Shown here piece after piece: positions 8,299-20,607 of a stretch of DNA of 64,000 nucleotides; the first letter of the stretch is position 1; each line of letters opens with the position of its first letter. The notes beneath the pieces are model-generated. The model worked only from the letters and a program-made list of their open reading frames with translations. It made no database searches and was not told the DNA's origin. Location of the stretch: NCBI GenBank assembly GCA_016932855.1, contig JAFGCB010000027.1, positions 2,721-66,720 of the forward strand, read 5' to 3'. A program made the translations under genes and the position numbers. This stretch comes from Candidatus Omnitrophota bacterium. GTDB taxonomy: Bacteria; Omnitrophota; Gorgyraeia; Duberdicusellales; Duberdicusellaceae.

Positions 8299-10755
8299 TC
8301 ATTCATCTTGTTCCTTCTCCGCAATGCGTGCCGACGAAGCAACCAGATCAGCTTTGTCTAAACGTATGAAGCTTACTCCCTGGGTAGCCCTGCCGGAAGT
8401 TCTTATGGTTGCAACTTTACAGCGTATCAAAACCCCTTTTTGGGAAATGGCCATGATTTCATCCTCGGGACCGGTCAAAATCGTAGCTGAAACCTTGCCG
8501 GTTTTCCCGGAAAGCTTGGCTCCGATTATACCCTTGCCTCCTCTTGACTGCAGGCGGTATTCTTTCAAGGCGGTTCTCTTAGCAAAGCCTCTCTCAGTCA
8601 CGCTAAATAAGCAAAATTCGGCTTTTTTCATTGCCGGGGTAACCAGAACCATGCCTAAAACCTTATCGTCTTTAGCAAGAGTAATCCCCTTTACCCCCCG
8701 GGAAGTTCTTCCGGTGGAACGTATCTGCGAAGCCTTGAAGCGGATGGCTTTTCCTTTTTCCGTGGATAAAATAACTTCGTCTTGCGCCTGCTCCACCAGG
8801 CAGGTTTCAATAAGATTATCTTCTCTGTCAAGAGTGATGGCTATGATACCGCTTTTTCTTAAGTTAGAAAAAAGATCGAGCGCGCATCTCTTTATAAGGC
8901 CTCTTTCGGTAGCCATAAGAAGGTAGTTTTCATCCTTAAACTCCTTTACCGAAATTACCGCTGTTATTTTTTCTTTGCTGGAAAGGTTCAAAACGTTAAC
9001 GATGGCCCGGCCCTTGGAAGTCCGGGTTCCTTCAGGAACCTCGTAAGCCTTAAGGCCGTATACTTTTCCGAGGCTGCTGAAAATAAGCAGGGTGTCTTTG
9101 CTAGAAGAAACAAAGAGGTGCTCCACAAAATCCTCATCTCTTGTAGCCATGGCCGTGACGCCTCTGCCGCCGCGTCCTTGCCTGCGATAAGAAGTGACCG
9201 GCATTCTCTTGATATATCCCGAATGAGAAATAGCAATGACTACGTCCTCCTCCACGATCAAGTCCTCTATTTCTATCTCCTCCTTCTCGGCTATAATCTC
9301 CGTCCTGCGGGGATCTTCGAACTTTTCTCTAAGCTCGGCCAGCTCTTTTTTAATAAGATCTTCCTGCTTTTTCTCGGAAGAAAGAATGCTTTTTAAATAC
9401 TCTATTTGTTTAATTAACTCCAGGTACTCTTTGTTGATCTTGTCTCTCTCGAGCGCGGTAAGCCTTTGCAGCTGCATCTCTAAAATTGCCTGGGCCTGAA
9501 TATCGCTTAGGCCGAATTTCTTCATCAGGCTTTCCTTGGCTTCCTTGGGCGACTTGGACTTCTTAATCACCTCCACTACCTTATCTAAAAACTTAAGGGC
9601 TATTTTTAAACCCTCTAGAATGTGGGCTCTTCTCTGGGCTTTCTCGAGCTCGTACTGGCTTCTGCGTACAATAACGTCTTTTCGGTGCTGTATATGGTGC
9701 TGCAGGGCCTGCTTTAAACTCAGAATCTGAGGCCTGTTGTTTACCAGAGCTAAAAAAATCACCCCGAATGTAGTCTCTAGGGTGGTGTGCTTGTATAGCT
9801 GGTTAAGGATTATCCTCGGCTCAGTATCCCTTTTTAGCTCCAAAACGATACGAAGGCCGTCGCGGTCTGACTCGTCTCTTAAATCGCTTATGCCTTCTAT
9901 TTTTTTGGAATTTACCAGATTCGCGATCGACTCCAAGAGGTTGGCCTTGTTAACCTGATAAGGAAGTTCGGTAATGACTATGTATTCACGGGTTTTACCC
10001 TGCTCTATGGTCGCCTTTGCTCTTAAGGTAAGCCGGCCTCTTCCTTCCTCATAAGCCTTTAAAATTTCTTTTTTCCCGCAGATGATTCCGCCGGTAGGAA
10101 AATCCGGGCCCTTTACGATTTTATTCAAGTCCTTAATACCGCATTCGGGATTGTCCAGAAGATACTCCACTGCCTTAAGCACCTCCTCCAGGTTGTGAGG
10201 AGGGATGTTTGTGGCCATGCCAACGGCTATTCCTGATGAGCCGTTGACTAAAAGATTAGGCAGCACCGTAGGCAGGATTAAAGGCTCTTTTAAGGAATTG
10301 TCAAAGTTAGGCACAAAATCCACGGTGTTCTTTTCGATATCTTGAAGCACAAAAGCGGAAATCCTGGAAAGCCTTGCCTCGGTATATCTCATAGCAGCCG
10401 GAGGGTCGCCGTCCAAAGAGCCGAAGTTGCCCTGGCCGTCTATTAAAGTATAGCGCAAAGAAAAATCCTGGGCCATCCTGACCAAGGCGTCGTACACCGC
10501 CATGTCGCCATGAGGATGATATTTTCCCAGGGTCTCTCCTACTATTCGGGCGCATTTTTTATGAGGCTGGCTGTGCTTTATGTTTAAATCTTGCATGGTG
10601 TAAAGGATCCTTCGGTGGACCGGCTTAAGTCCGTCCCTTATGTCGGGCAGGGCCCTGCCTACAATAACGCTCATGGCGTAAGATAAATAGGAATCCTTCA
10701 TCTCTTCTTCCAAATATCGCTCTTCTATTCTTCCTTCGTTATTCAGTTCATTCAT
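8299..10755 (-). CDS. gyrA: DNA gyrase subunit A
   Basis: 818 aa; active-site region [16 protein letters not shown] coiled region, C-terminal beta-pinwheel repeats. Confidence 0.95.
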   Translation of the reverse strand: MNELNNEGRIEERYLEEEMKDSYLSYAMSVIVGRALPDIRDGLKPVHRRILYTMQDLNIKHSQPHKKCARIVGETLGKYHPHGDMAVYDALVRMAQDFSLRYTLIDGQGNFGSLDGDPPAAMRYTEARLSRISAFVLQDIEKNTVDFVPNFDNSLKEPLILPTVLPNLLVNGSSGIAVGMATNIPPHNLEEVLKAVEYLLDNPECGIKDLNKIVKGPDFPTGGIICGKKEILKAYEEGRGRLTLRAKATIEQGKTREYIVITELPYQVNKANLLESIANLVNSKKIEGISDLRDESDRDGLRIVLELKRDTEPRIILNQLYKHTTLETTFGVIFLALVNNRPQILSLKQALQHHIQHRKDVIVRRSQYELEKAQRRAHILEGLKIALKFLDKVVEVIKKSKSPKEAKESLMKKFGLSDIQAQAILEMQLQRLTALERDKINKEYLELIKQIEYLKSILSSEKKQEDLIKKELAELREKFEDPRRTEIIAEKEEIEIEDLIVEEDVVIAISHSGYIKRMPVTSYRRQGRGGRGVTAMATRDEDFVEHLFVSSSKDTLLIFSSLGKVYGLKAYEVPEGTRTSKGRAIVNVLNLSSKEKITAVISVKEFKDENYLLMATERGLIKRCALDLFSNLRKSGIIAITLDREDNLIETCLVEQAQDEVILSTEKGKAIRFKASQIRSTGRTSRGVKGITLAKDDKVLGMVLVTPAMKKAEFCLFSVTERGFAKRTALKEYRLQSRGGKGIIGAKLSGKTGKVSATILTGPEDEIMAISQKGVLIRCKVATIRTSGRATQGVSFIRLDKADLVASSARIAEKEQDE

Positions 10756-10761
10756 GGTTCT

Positions 10762-13140
<2,379 letters not shown>

Positions 13141-13407
13141 TTATTGAGCTCCTATTTTAAACACTAAAGATTTAAACCGTATCTTCTTTTTTTCCAAACA
13201 CTTTAAAAGACCGCTTTTTTTTAAATTAAACTCGTAAAGGGCCGACGACGAGTCCAAATATAGAAATAGCGTGTTTTTATAGTTTCTAGTGCTTATTATA
13301 TGTTTATATTCCTGGGCCGACAAGCATTCTTTAAGATGGGCCTTCAAAAATTCCGCGCTTTTAGCCTGGTTTAAAACTTTTTTTAAAGAAAAGGAAATGT
13401 TGCCCAT
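13141..13407 (-). CDS. DUF721 family protein (DciA-like), at the slot often occupied by recF/DUF721 between dnaN and gyrB
   Basis: 88 aa basic protein. Position between dnaN and gyrB mirrors the dnaN-recF-DUF721-gyrB organisation of other bacteria. No RecF is present. Confidence 0.45.
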   Translation of the reverse strand: MGNISFSLKKVLNQAKSAEFLKAHLKECLSAQEYKHIISTRNYKNTLFLYLDSSSALYEFNLKKSGLLKCLEKKKIRFKSLVFKIGAQ

Positions 13408-13503
13408 CTACCGTTAAACAAAAGTTTTACGAATCCCTGCGAATATTACTAACGGTTTTTAAAATCATTTGTATATTCGTAATAAATTCGTAATTCGTAT
13501 GAA

Positions 13504-14604
13504 CTAGGTTAGCCTCATCGGCAAGGCCAAGTAAATATACCCGTTATTTCTTAAAACCAAGGGTTTCTCGGGATCGTAAAGATCCAGTGATACTTCGTCT
13601 TCCTCGACCACCTTTAGGACGTCTTTTAGGTAGTCGGGGTTAAACCCCAAGGTGATGTTTTTTCCTTTGTAATCGACATCTATCTCCTCTTTATATTCAC
13701 CGAGCTGGGGGGTTGCTTTGGATACCATTAATTTGTTTTTGCTGACCTCTAGCTTAACGCTGTAATATTCGGGGGCGCTTAACACGCTTGCGCGTTTTAG
13801 GGAAGATAAAAACTTCTCCCTGTCTATTTTTAGTTTGTGCTCAGCTTCTTTGGGGATGTATTTTTTATATTCGGGGAACTCTCCTTCTATAAGCTGGGTA
13901 ATTATTTGGGTATCCTTTAAATCAAATCCAATCTGGTTTTTGCCAATAACAAGGAGTAGCTCCTGCTCTGATTCCTTAATAAGTTTGCTTAGCTCTATTA
14001 TGGCTTTGTGGGGTATAATAAAGGTTTTTCTAGTGTTTAATTCGGGTTGGTTGGAAGGTAGGGCCCTTTCTATCGAAGAAAGTCTTTTGGTGTCTGAGGA
14101 GGTTAACCTTATTTTATTCTTTTCTATTTCGCAAAAAATACCGCTTAAAACATAGTTTCCCTCGCCTACAAAAACAGAAAAAGAGGAAAACTTTATCATT
14201 TCTCCAAGTATTTCCGGGCTTAATTTAATAACCTCCTTATCTTTAAGGGTTGGGGGTTTAGGAAACTCTTGAGGATCAATGATATTTAGCTTTAATTCAC
14301 AATTTTCACAGGTTATCCACAAGAAGTTTTTTTGAAGTTTAAGAGTTACTTCTACCGAAGATAATTCCTTTAAAATCGATAGAAATTTAGTTAAAGATAC
14401 ACAAAAACTGGCCTTAATGTCTTGGCTTATTTCCAGATATGAAATAATGGTTAATTCCAAATCCGTGGCGGTAACTTTCATTTTTTTATCTGAAAAATCT
14501 ATTAGAACGGTTGAAAGAATCGGAAAGTTTGTTTTACTGACCGTAGGTGAAATAGTTTTGTGTAACAGGTTTATTAACAGCTTTCTATCTAATACTATAT
14601 TCAT
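13504..14604 (-). CDS. dnaN: DNA polymerase III beta sliding clamp
   Basis: 366 aa, three-domain clamp length. Located directly downstream of dnaA. Confidence 0.9.
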   Translation of the reverse strand: MNIVLDRKLLINLLHKTISPTVSKTNFPILSTVLIDFSDKKMKVTATDLELTIISYLEISQDIKASFCVSLTKFLSILKELSSVEVTLKLQKNFLWITCENCELKLNIIDPQEFPKPPTLKDKEVIKLSPEILGEMIKFSSFSVFVGEGNYVLSGIFCEIEKNKIRLTSSDTKRLSSIERALPSNQPELNTRKTFIIPHKAIIELSKLIKESEQELLLVIGKNQIGFDLKDTQIITQLIEGEFPEYKKYIPKEAEHKLKIDREKFLSSLKRASVLSAPEYYSVKLEVSKNKLMVSKATPQLGEYKEEIDVDYKGKNITLGFNPDYLKDVLKVVEEDEVSLDLYDPEKPLVLRNNGYIYLALPMRLT

Positions 14605-14711
14605 ATAACCTCCTAGTAATAATAGAAGTATGGTTGTGAATTAATCGAAGAACTTATATTTCCTAAACCAACCCTACCAAAAAACATATTTTAAAAGTGA
14701 GTAAACTGTGT

Positions 14712-16025
14712 TTATTGGTGAATATGTTGTTTAAGACTGTCTATTACGTTTTTTAAAGAAGGATCCTTGTTTAATTTTTCTTTTATCTGTTTATGTGCGT
14801 AAAGAACGGTTGTGTGGTGTTTCGCTCCCAGAAACAAACCTATCTCCGGAAGCGAGTAATTAGTCAGCTCTCTTAATAGATACATAGCGATTTGTTTGGG
14901 TAAAACTATATTTTTGTTTCTCTTCTTCGATTTTAAGTCCGCTTTCGATAGGTTAAAATAATCAGCGGTTTTTTCCAGAATGGTTTCGATATCCAGCTTC
15001 TTGTTTTTTTGCCCCAAAACATCCCTTAACACATTTTTAGCCATATCCAAAGATATGGGTTTATTCTCTATTAAGGAATAGGCCATAATCCGGACCAAAG
15101 CCCCCTCCAATTCCCTTGTGTTATTGGTGATGTTTTCAGCAATATAAACCAAAACCTCATCCTCTATTTTTATCGGCTCTTTTTCTATTTTTTTCTTTAA
15201 TATAGCGACCCTTGTTTCCAAATCCGGAGGCTGAACGTCGACTATCAAGCCCCAACAGAAACGCGAAACCAACCTTTCCTCTAGATTAGGTATTTCTTTC
15301 GGGGGCCTGTCAGATGACATAATAATTTGTTTATGGTTGTCGTAGAGAACATTAAAGGTATGAAAGAATTCTTCCTGAGTGGCGTCTTTGCCGGCGATAA
15401 AATGAACGTCGTCTATAAGGAGAATATCGATATTGCGGTATTTCTGACGGAACTTTTCCGTGCTTCGATTCTGGATTGACCCTATCAATTCATTAGTGAA
15501 GCGCTCCGAAGAAATATACTTAACCCTGGCATTGTTTTTTTTAAGGGCATCCTGGGCGATCGCTTGTATAAGGTGGGTTTTGCCCAAACCAACCTTCCCA
15601 TAGATAAAAAAAGGATTATAGATTCTTCCCGGTGCATCAGATACCGCCCTCGAGGCAGCGTAAGCCAGGTGATTGGAGGGGCCGACGACAAAACTTTCGA
15701 AACTAAATCTGGGGTTTAGTTTAAGCGAGTCCAAGGGCTCATCTTTAAATTTAGCATGGATTTTCCGAAAAACAGTATGGGTCTTTTTCTGAAGAAGCCG
15801 GGGGTTTACCTCCAAGGTAATCTGGTCCTCCACCCCCAGTTCTTTAAGGATACCCGAAACAACTTCGCAGTAGTGAGCCTCAATCCAGTCTTTAAAGAAG
15901 ACGTCGGGGACTTCGGCAATCACTTTGTTGCCTTGCCAGCTCTTAAGTTGTATAGGCGAAAACCAGGTTTCAAAAGTGGTTTTACCGACTTTTTCTTTTA
16001 CCTTTTCCTGAAATTGAGCCCACAT
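14712..16025 (-). CDS. dnaA: Chromosomal replication initiator DnaA
   Basis: 437 aa; AAA+ Walker A GKVGLGKTHL, LIDDVHF box, C-terminal DnaA box-binding HTH (HTTVLYAHKQI). Confidence 0.95.
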   Translation of the reverse strand: MWAQFQEKVKEKVGKTTFETWFSPIQLKSWQGNKVIAEVPDVFFKDWIEAHYCEVVSGILKELGVEDQITLEVNPRLLQKKTHTVFRKIHAKFKDEPLDSLKLNPRFSFESFVVGPSNHLAYAASRAVSDAPGRIYNPFFIYGKVGLGKTHLIQAIAQDALKKNNARVKYISSERFTNELIGSIQNRSTEKFRQKYRNIDILLIDDVHFIAGKDATQEEFFHTFNVLYDNHKQIIMSSDRPPKEIPNLEERLVSRFCWGLIVDVQPPDLETRVAILKKKIEKEPIKIEDEVLVYIAENITNNTRELEGALVRIMAYSLIENKPISLDMAKNVLRDVLGQKNKKLDIETILEKTADYFNLSKADLKSKKRNKNIVLPKQIAMYLLRELTNYSLPEIGLFLGAKHHTTVLYAHKQIKEKLNKDPSLKNVIDSLKQHIHQ

Positions 16026-16306
16026 AATAAAATTAAAATTTTATAGATAAAAATAAAAGCAAGAACTGTTTCGACTTACGCTTAAAGCTTGCCTTAAGCA
16101 GCTTTGCGAGACAGCGCATGACCGCGAATATAAACTGCCTTAGGGAAATTGTTCGAAAGGATAAATTATTATACTTAGCTTCTTATTTTTTTCAAGAGAA
16201 TTCTTATCAAAAAATTTCCTGAAGAGAAAAATATTCAGGTTCCCGGCCCCGAGGCAAAAAAATTTTCTACTCCGGCAAAAAACAGCTAAACCCGGTATCA
16301 AAACAC

Positions 16307-16334
16307 TTGACAGAGAAATTACCTGTGTTAGAAT
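16307..16334 (+). promoter_or_regulatory. Sigma-70-type promoter for rpmH (TTGACA-N16-TAGAAT), giving a near-leaderless transcript
   Basis: TTGACA at 16307-16312, 16-nt spacer, TAGAAT at 16329-16334, only 8 nt before the rpmH ATG at 16343. Confidence 0.5.
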
Positions 16335-16342
16335 TTGTACTT

Positions 16343-16480
16343 ATGAAAAAGAGCTTTTCTACCCCGACAATTTTAAAAGGTAAAAGAAAACACGGTTTTC
16401 GCAAAAGAATGCGTACAAAATCAGGACGGGACACCCTTGCTCGCAGACGGAAAAAAGGTAGAAAAAGGCTTACAGTTTAA
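16343..16480 (+). CDS. rpmH: 50S ribosomal protein L34
   Basis: Manual translation: [45 protein letters not shown] (45 aa). Too short for the ORF track. Confidence 0.9.
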   Translation: MKKSFSTPTILKGKRKHGFRKRMRTKSGRDTLARRRKKGRKRLTV

Positions 16481-16535
16481 GTCCAACCCAAGAAGCCTTT
16501 CAAAAACATCAGGAAAGTCTTCAAAAGCGCTGTTA

Positions 16536-16748
16536 ATGATTAAAAGGCCGTTAATCGCTTTAATAAAATTTTACCAGGGTAATTTGCGGGTTTTTTTTCC
16601 GGCGAGTTGCCGCTTTTTTCCCTCCTGTTCGGATTACGCTCTGGAATCTTTACATAACTATATCTTGCCCAAAGCGTTACTAAAAATTTTTTTTAGGATT
16701 ATCCGCTGTAATCCTTTCTTCCCCGGCGGCCATGACCCGCTTCGATAA
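16536..16748 (+). CDS. yidD: Membrane protein insertion efficiency factor YidD
   Basis: MIKRPLIALIKFYQ...CRFFPSCSDYALESL...RIIRCNPFFPGGHDP, a canonical YidD motif set. The track ORF start at 16437 overlaps rpmH in another frame and does not encode RnpA. Confidence 0.8.
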   Translation: MIKRPLIALIKFYQGNLRVFFPASCRFFPSCSDYALESLHNYILPKALLKIFFRIIRCNPFFPGGHDPLR

Positions 16749-16814
16749 AGAATATTTAAAAGGAGATGCGGGCCAAACCCAACATGGTTTTTAATTTTAG
16801 AAAGGCAGCTTAAA

Positions 16815-18329
16815 ATGAATAACGAAAAGCGACTCTTCCTGTTTCTTGCCTTGTCTTTACTAATCCTCCTTTTTTTCAGCCGTTTTTATTCTCAGCAGGC
16901 ACCTGCTCCGTCACCTAAAGAATCGCGGGATATTTCTCAGGATTCCCGATTTCCGGCAGTCGGGCAAAAGGCTGTCGATGATAAATTAGCAGGCAGCCTT
17001 GTTCTGCCCGAGGATCGTAACACCGTTGACTTCGAGACAGAAGAATATATAGTAACAATCTGCCTTACAGGGGGTTACATTAAGCAAGTTCTGATAAAAG
17101 AATATGAGGAGATACTCCTCTACCAGGATTTTTTAGTGGTTGGGGATTATATCGAAAAAGAATTTCAGCTGGAACGAATACCCGAAGGATTCAGACTGGT
17201 TTGCGGACCGCAAGATAGCCAGATAATTAAAGAAGTTAGATTTGTAAAGCCTTACGCCTGGCGAGTTGTTATAAAGAGCCCCACCCCTTTTAATCAGGTA
17301 GGGTTATTAAGCCAGAAACAAGAGAAAGACAGATTTTTCGGCCGATATCAAGAATTTTTTTACCGCAAAGACCTAATGACCCGGCTGGGCTGGGGAAAAC
17401 TAAAAAACCCAATTGTCTTATCGGATATTTCTGTATTAGGAGCTCGAGATCGATATTATGCCGCCACTTTGTTTGATTTTTCGGGCGGAAGCTATATACT
17501 TAGTGCGGCTAATAGCAAGGCTTCCATTGTTTGGAGGCCTGAATCCGCTTCTTATTTTGAGGCCAGCTTATTCCTTGGCCCGCAAAAGAAAGAATATATG
17601 CAACATTATGATATACAAGATGTTATAAACTTTGGCTTTTTCCATAGCATAGCAATGGTGATTTTAAATATCCTCCACTTCTTCTTTTCAATATTTAAAA
17701 ATTGGGGCTTAAGCATAATTATTTTTAGTATACTTATTTATGTTGTGTTCTTCCCGTTGACATTTAGAAGCAGCAAATCCATGAAAGAAATGCGGGAGTT
17801 TCAATCTGACCACAAGGCTGAAGTAGAAAAATTACGAGAGAAATATAAAGATCAGCCTCAAAAACTTCACCAGGCAACCTTGGAATTATATAAAAAATAC
17901 GGATTTAATCCCTTGAAGGGTTGCTCAAGCGGATGCCTGCCTTTATTTTTCCAAATACCTGTAATCTGGGCTCTTTGGGGCGTAATCCCCCGCGCTTTGG
18001 AATTTAAAGGAGCTAATTTTTTATGGATAAAAGATTTGTCCCTTCCCGATAAGGCATTTTGCCTTTCTTTTGATTTGCCTTTTTTAGGTAACTGCATAAA
18101 CATACTCCCCTTGCTTACCGCAGTTATTATGTATGTCCAAATGAAATTCACCAGCCCGGAAGTCGACCCTACTCAAGCCCAGCAGCAAAAGATAATGTCT
18201 TTAATCTTTCCCGTAATGATGGGCTTCATTTTTTATCAATTGCCATCAGCTCTTTTGCTTTACTGGTTTACTAATAGTGTCCTTACTTTTCTTTCCCAGT
18301 GGCACATAATGAAAGCCAAAGCTTCCTGA
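16815..18329 (+). CDS. yidC: Membrane protein insertase YidC
   Basis: 504 aa; N-terminal TM, periplasmic domain, conserved C-terminal 5-TM core (...PLFFQIPVIWALW..., ...LLYWFTNSVLTFLSQW). Confidence 0.9.
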   Translation: MNNEKRLFLFLALSLLILLFFSRFYSQQAPAPSPKESRDISQDSRFPAVGQKAVDDKLAGSLVLPEDRNTVDFETEEYIVTICLTGGYIKQVLIKEYEEILLYQDFLVVGDYIEKEFQLERIPEGFRLVCGPQDSQIIKEVRFVKPYAWRVVIKSPTPFNQVGLLSQKQEKDRFFGRYQEFFYRKDLMTRLGWGKLKNPIVLSDISVLGARDRYYAATLFDFSGGSYILSAANSKASIVWRPESASYFEASLFLGPQKKEYMQHYDIQDVINFGFFHSIAMVILNILHFFFSIFKNWGLSIIIFSILIYVVFFPLTFRSSKSMKEMREFQSDHKAEVEKLREKYKDQPQKLHQATLELYKKYGFNPLKGCSSGCLPLFFQIPVIWALWGVIPRALEFKGANFLWIKDLSLPDKAFCLSFDLPFLGNCINILPLLTAVIMYVQMKFTSPEVDPTQAQQQKIMSLIFPVMMGFIFYQLPSALLLYWFTNSVLTFLSQWHIMKAKAS

Positions 18330-18363
18330 AGTTGCCGTATATGTTTAACATTTCAATGATACG

Positions 18364-18379
18364 GTTTTCACGTGAAACA
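18364..18379. promoter_or_regulatory. parS-like centromere site 1 (GTTTTCACGTGAAACA)
   Basis: Matches the parS consensus TGTTNCACGTGAAACA at 14/16, with a perfect right half-site. Located 107 nt upstream of parA. Confidence 0.6.
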
Positions 18380-18396
18380 TTTCAGATATAATTCTA

Positions 18397-18425
18397 TTGA
18401 CAAGATTGGGCAAACAATATAAAAT
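18397..18425 (+). promoter_or_regulatory. Candidate parAB promoter (TTGACA-N17-TAAAAT) located between the two parS-like sites
   Basis: TTGACA at 18397-18402, 17-nt spacer, TAAAAT at 18420-18425. Confidence 0.45.
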
Positions 18426-18449
18426 GTAGAATAACATCTTTAAATAGAT

Positions 18450-18465
18450 GTTTTCACGTGAAACA
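18450..18465. promoter_or_regulatory. parS-like centromere site 2 (GTTTTCACGTGAAACA, preceded by T)
   Basis: Identical 16-mer to site 1. Located 21 nt upstream of parA. Confidence 0.6.
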
Positions 18466-18485
18466 AGGTCATTTTAATTCTTTGT

Positions 18486-19349
18486 ATGGGCAAGATAATT
18501 GCATTCTGTAATCAAAAAGGTGGTACAGGCAAAACTACCAGTATTGTGAATCTAGCTAGTTTTTTTGCTTTGGCTGGCAAGAAAACCCTTTTGATTGACA
18601 TAGACCCCCAGGGCAATGCCAGTAGCGGTTTAGGCCTAGACAAAGACAGCTTTGAGAATACTAGTTACGAAATATTTACTCAAAATATCCCGCCTGAAAG
18701 AGGAATTTACCATACCAAAATCAGATATTTATACGCGATTCCTGCCAACCCATCTTTGGCTGGAGCAGAAATAGAGCTTGTTCAGCTGGAAAACAGAGAG
18801 TTTCGCTTAAGAGAAATTATCAGTAAGGTAAAGGAAAACTTTGAATATATTCTAATAGACGCGCCGCCGTCGCTAGGCCTTTTAACCATCAATATCTTAG
18901 TTGCCAGTGACAGTGTCATTATTCCTATTCAGTGTGAGTATTATGCCTTAGAAGGACTGTCCAGACTTTTTCAAACTCTAGACTTAGTCAGGGAAAGACT
19001 GAATCCGGATTTGGAAATAGAAGGAGTGCTTCTTACCATGGCTGATTTCAGAACCCGTCTTACTTTTCAAGTTATAGATGAGGTAAAGAAGTTTTTCAAG
19101 GAAAAAGTTTATCAGACCATTATTCCAAGAAATATTCGTTTGTCCGAAGCCCCGAGTTTTGGGAAGCCCATTTATTTTTATGAGCCGCTTTCTACAGGGG
19201 CCAAGGCTTATTTTAATTTAGCCTGCGAGATATTGAAAGAAGAAATAAAAGGAGTGTATGATGGAGAAGAGAGCATTAGGCAGAGGGTTGGAAGCTTTGA
19301 TACCCAAGAAAGAAACTCTGCCGATCCAGAGAGAATACGTCTATATTGA
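18486..19349 (+). CDS. parA: Chromosome partitioning ATPase ParA/Soj
   Basis: MGKIIAFCNQKGGTGKTT deviant Walker A. 287 aa with a C-terminal extension that overlaps the parB start in another frame, so the true stop could be earlier if a frameshift is present. Confidence 0.85.
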   Translation: MGKIIAFCNQKGGTGKTTSIVNLASFFALAGKKTLLIDIDPQGNASSGLGLDKDSFENTSYEIFTQNIPPERGIYHTKIRYLYAIPANPSLAGAEIELVQLENREFRLREIISKVKENFEYILIDAPPSLGLLTINILVASDSVIIPIQCEYYALEGLSRLFQTLDLVRERLNPDLEIEGVLLTMADFRTRLTFQVIDEVKKFFKEKVYQTIIPRNIRLSEAPSFGKPIYFYEPLSTGAKAYFNLACEILKEEIKGVYDGEESIRQRVGSFDTQERNSADPERIRLY

Positions 19350-20085
19350 GATTGATAGGCTCAAGCCCAGCGCATATCAGTCTCGAACCGATCTAAGAGA
19401 GAAGGAGCTGAAAGAATTAGCAGAGTCCATAAAAAAGCAGGGGATTATTCAGCCCTTGATTGTAAGAAAGAAGGATGACTATTTCGAAATCGTTGCCGGA
19501 AGCAGAAGGTATTATGCATCTAAGTTATTGGGGCTCAAACGTTTACCTGTTGTAATAAGGGATCTGGCTGATAAAGACACTTTGGTTTTTTCAGTTATTG
19601 AAAATTTGCAGCGTCAAGATTTGAACCCCATAGAGGAAGCCCAGAGCTTTAAAAGACTGGTGGAGGAGTTCGGTATATCAACCGAAGAAGTGAGTCATAT
19701 TTTAGGCAAAGACCGCACTACAATAATTAATCTGTTAAGATTGCTTAAGCTGCCCGATGTAATTCAGGAAGCCTTGCGTGCGGAAAGAATTACTGCTTCA
19801 CAGGGCAGGACCTTGCTCGGCCTGGAAACCGAGAGGGAGCAGCTGGAGTTGTTTGAAAGGCTTTTGAAAGAGAAAGTTTCGGTAAGGACGCTGGAGGAGG
19901 CCGTAAGAAGGAAAAGAAGGAAAAGAAAACCCATTGAACCCTATCTAAAAGAAGCCGAGGATAATCTCCAAAAAGCTCTGGGAAGAAAGATAAAAATTAT
20001 CCCTCAAGGAAAAAAAGGGCGGTTGGTCCTGGAATATTATTCTCAAGAGGACCTGGAAAACTTGATAAACCGCATATCCGGCTAA
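19258..20085 (+). CDS. parB: Chromosome partitioning protein ParB/Spo0J
   Basis: MMEKRALGRGLEALIP N-terminus, ParB box GERRYRA-like (VAGSRRYYAS), HTH region. Confidence 0.9.
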   Translation: MMEKRALGRGLEALIPKKETLPIQREYVYIEIDRLKPSAYQSRTDLREKELKELAESIKKQGIIQPLIVRKKDDYFEIVAGSRRYYASKLLGLKRLPVVIRDLADKDTLVFSVIENLQRQDLNPIEEAQSFKRLVEEFGISTEEVSHILGKDRTTIINLLRLLKLPDVIQEALRAERITASQGRTLLGLETEREQLELFERLLKEKVSVRTLEEAVRRKRRKRKPIEPYLKEAEDNLQKALGRKIKIIPQGKKGRLVLEYYSQEDLENLINRISG

Positions 20086-20103
20086 AAACAGAAATTAATT
20101 AAC

Positions 20104-20607
20104 ATGGGTCAAGAAGCAACGTTAGTAATCGTAAAGCCCGACGGGCTTATTAAATCCTTGACCGGCGACGTTCTTTCCCGGCTTTCCAAGACAGGTTTAA
20201 AAATAATCGGGGCAAAGGTTTTGGAAGTAACCCCGGAGTTAGCCCATGAGCACTACAGGCATTTAAAAGACAAGCCTTTTTATGGGGAGCTAATAAAATA
20301 TATCAGCGGATTTCTTCACGGCGAAAATAGAGTCATGGCTATGGTTTATTACGGTAAAGACGCGATAAGTAAAGTAAGGGAAATCGCCGGGAGCACTAAT
20401 CCTGAAGAGGCTGAGCCGGTTTCAATCCGGGGGGCTTACGGCCGTATTTTGACTACCGGCCTATATGAAAATGTAATTCACGCTTCTTCCAGCACTCAAG
20501 AAGCAGAGCGGGAGATAAAGCTCTGGTTCGAACCCCGGGAGATAGTGATTGAACTTTATCCCGCTAAAGACGCGGTGAACCCGCAAACAAAGAAAGTCTG
20601 GCTATGA
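20104..20607 (+). CDS. ndk: Nucleoside diphosphate kinase
   Basis: 167 aa; TLVIVKPDG ... NVIHASSS (NxxHGSD-like active-site region). Confidence 0.8.
   Translation: MGQEATLVIVKPDGLIKSLTGDVLSRLSKTGLKIIGAKVLEVTPELAHEHYRHLKDKPFYGELIKYISGFLHGENRVMAMVYYGKDAISKVREIAGSTNPEEAEPVSIRGAYGRILTTGLYENVIHASSSTQEAEREIKLWFEPREIVIELYPAKDAVNPQTKKVWL

Noticed and set aside
16026-16342. Clustered consensus DnaA boxes (TTATCCACA)
   Set aside because: Only weak 6-7/9 matches. The single perfect TTATCCACA (14303-14311) lies inside dnaN coding sequence.
16437-16535. N-terminal 33 aa of the ORF-track entry 16437..16748 as a possible RnpA
   Set aside because: Overlaps rpmH in another frame and has no RnpA motifs; only the C-terminal 70 aa (from M at 16536) form YidD.
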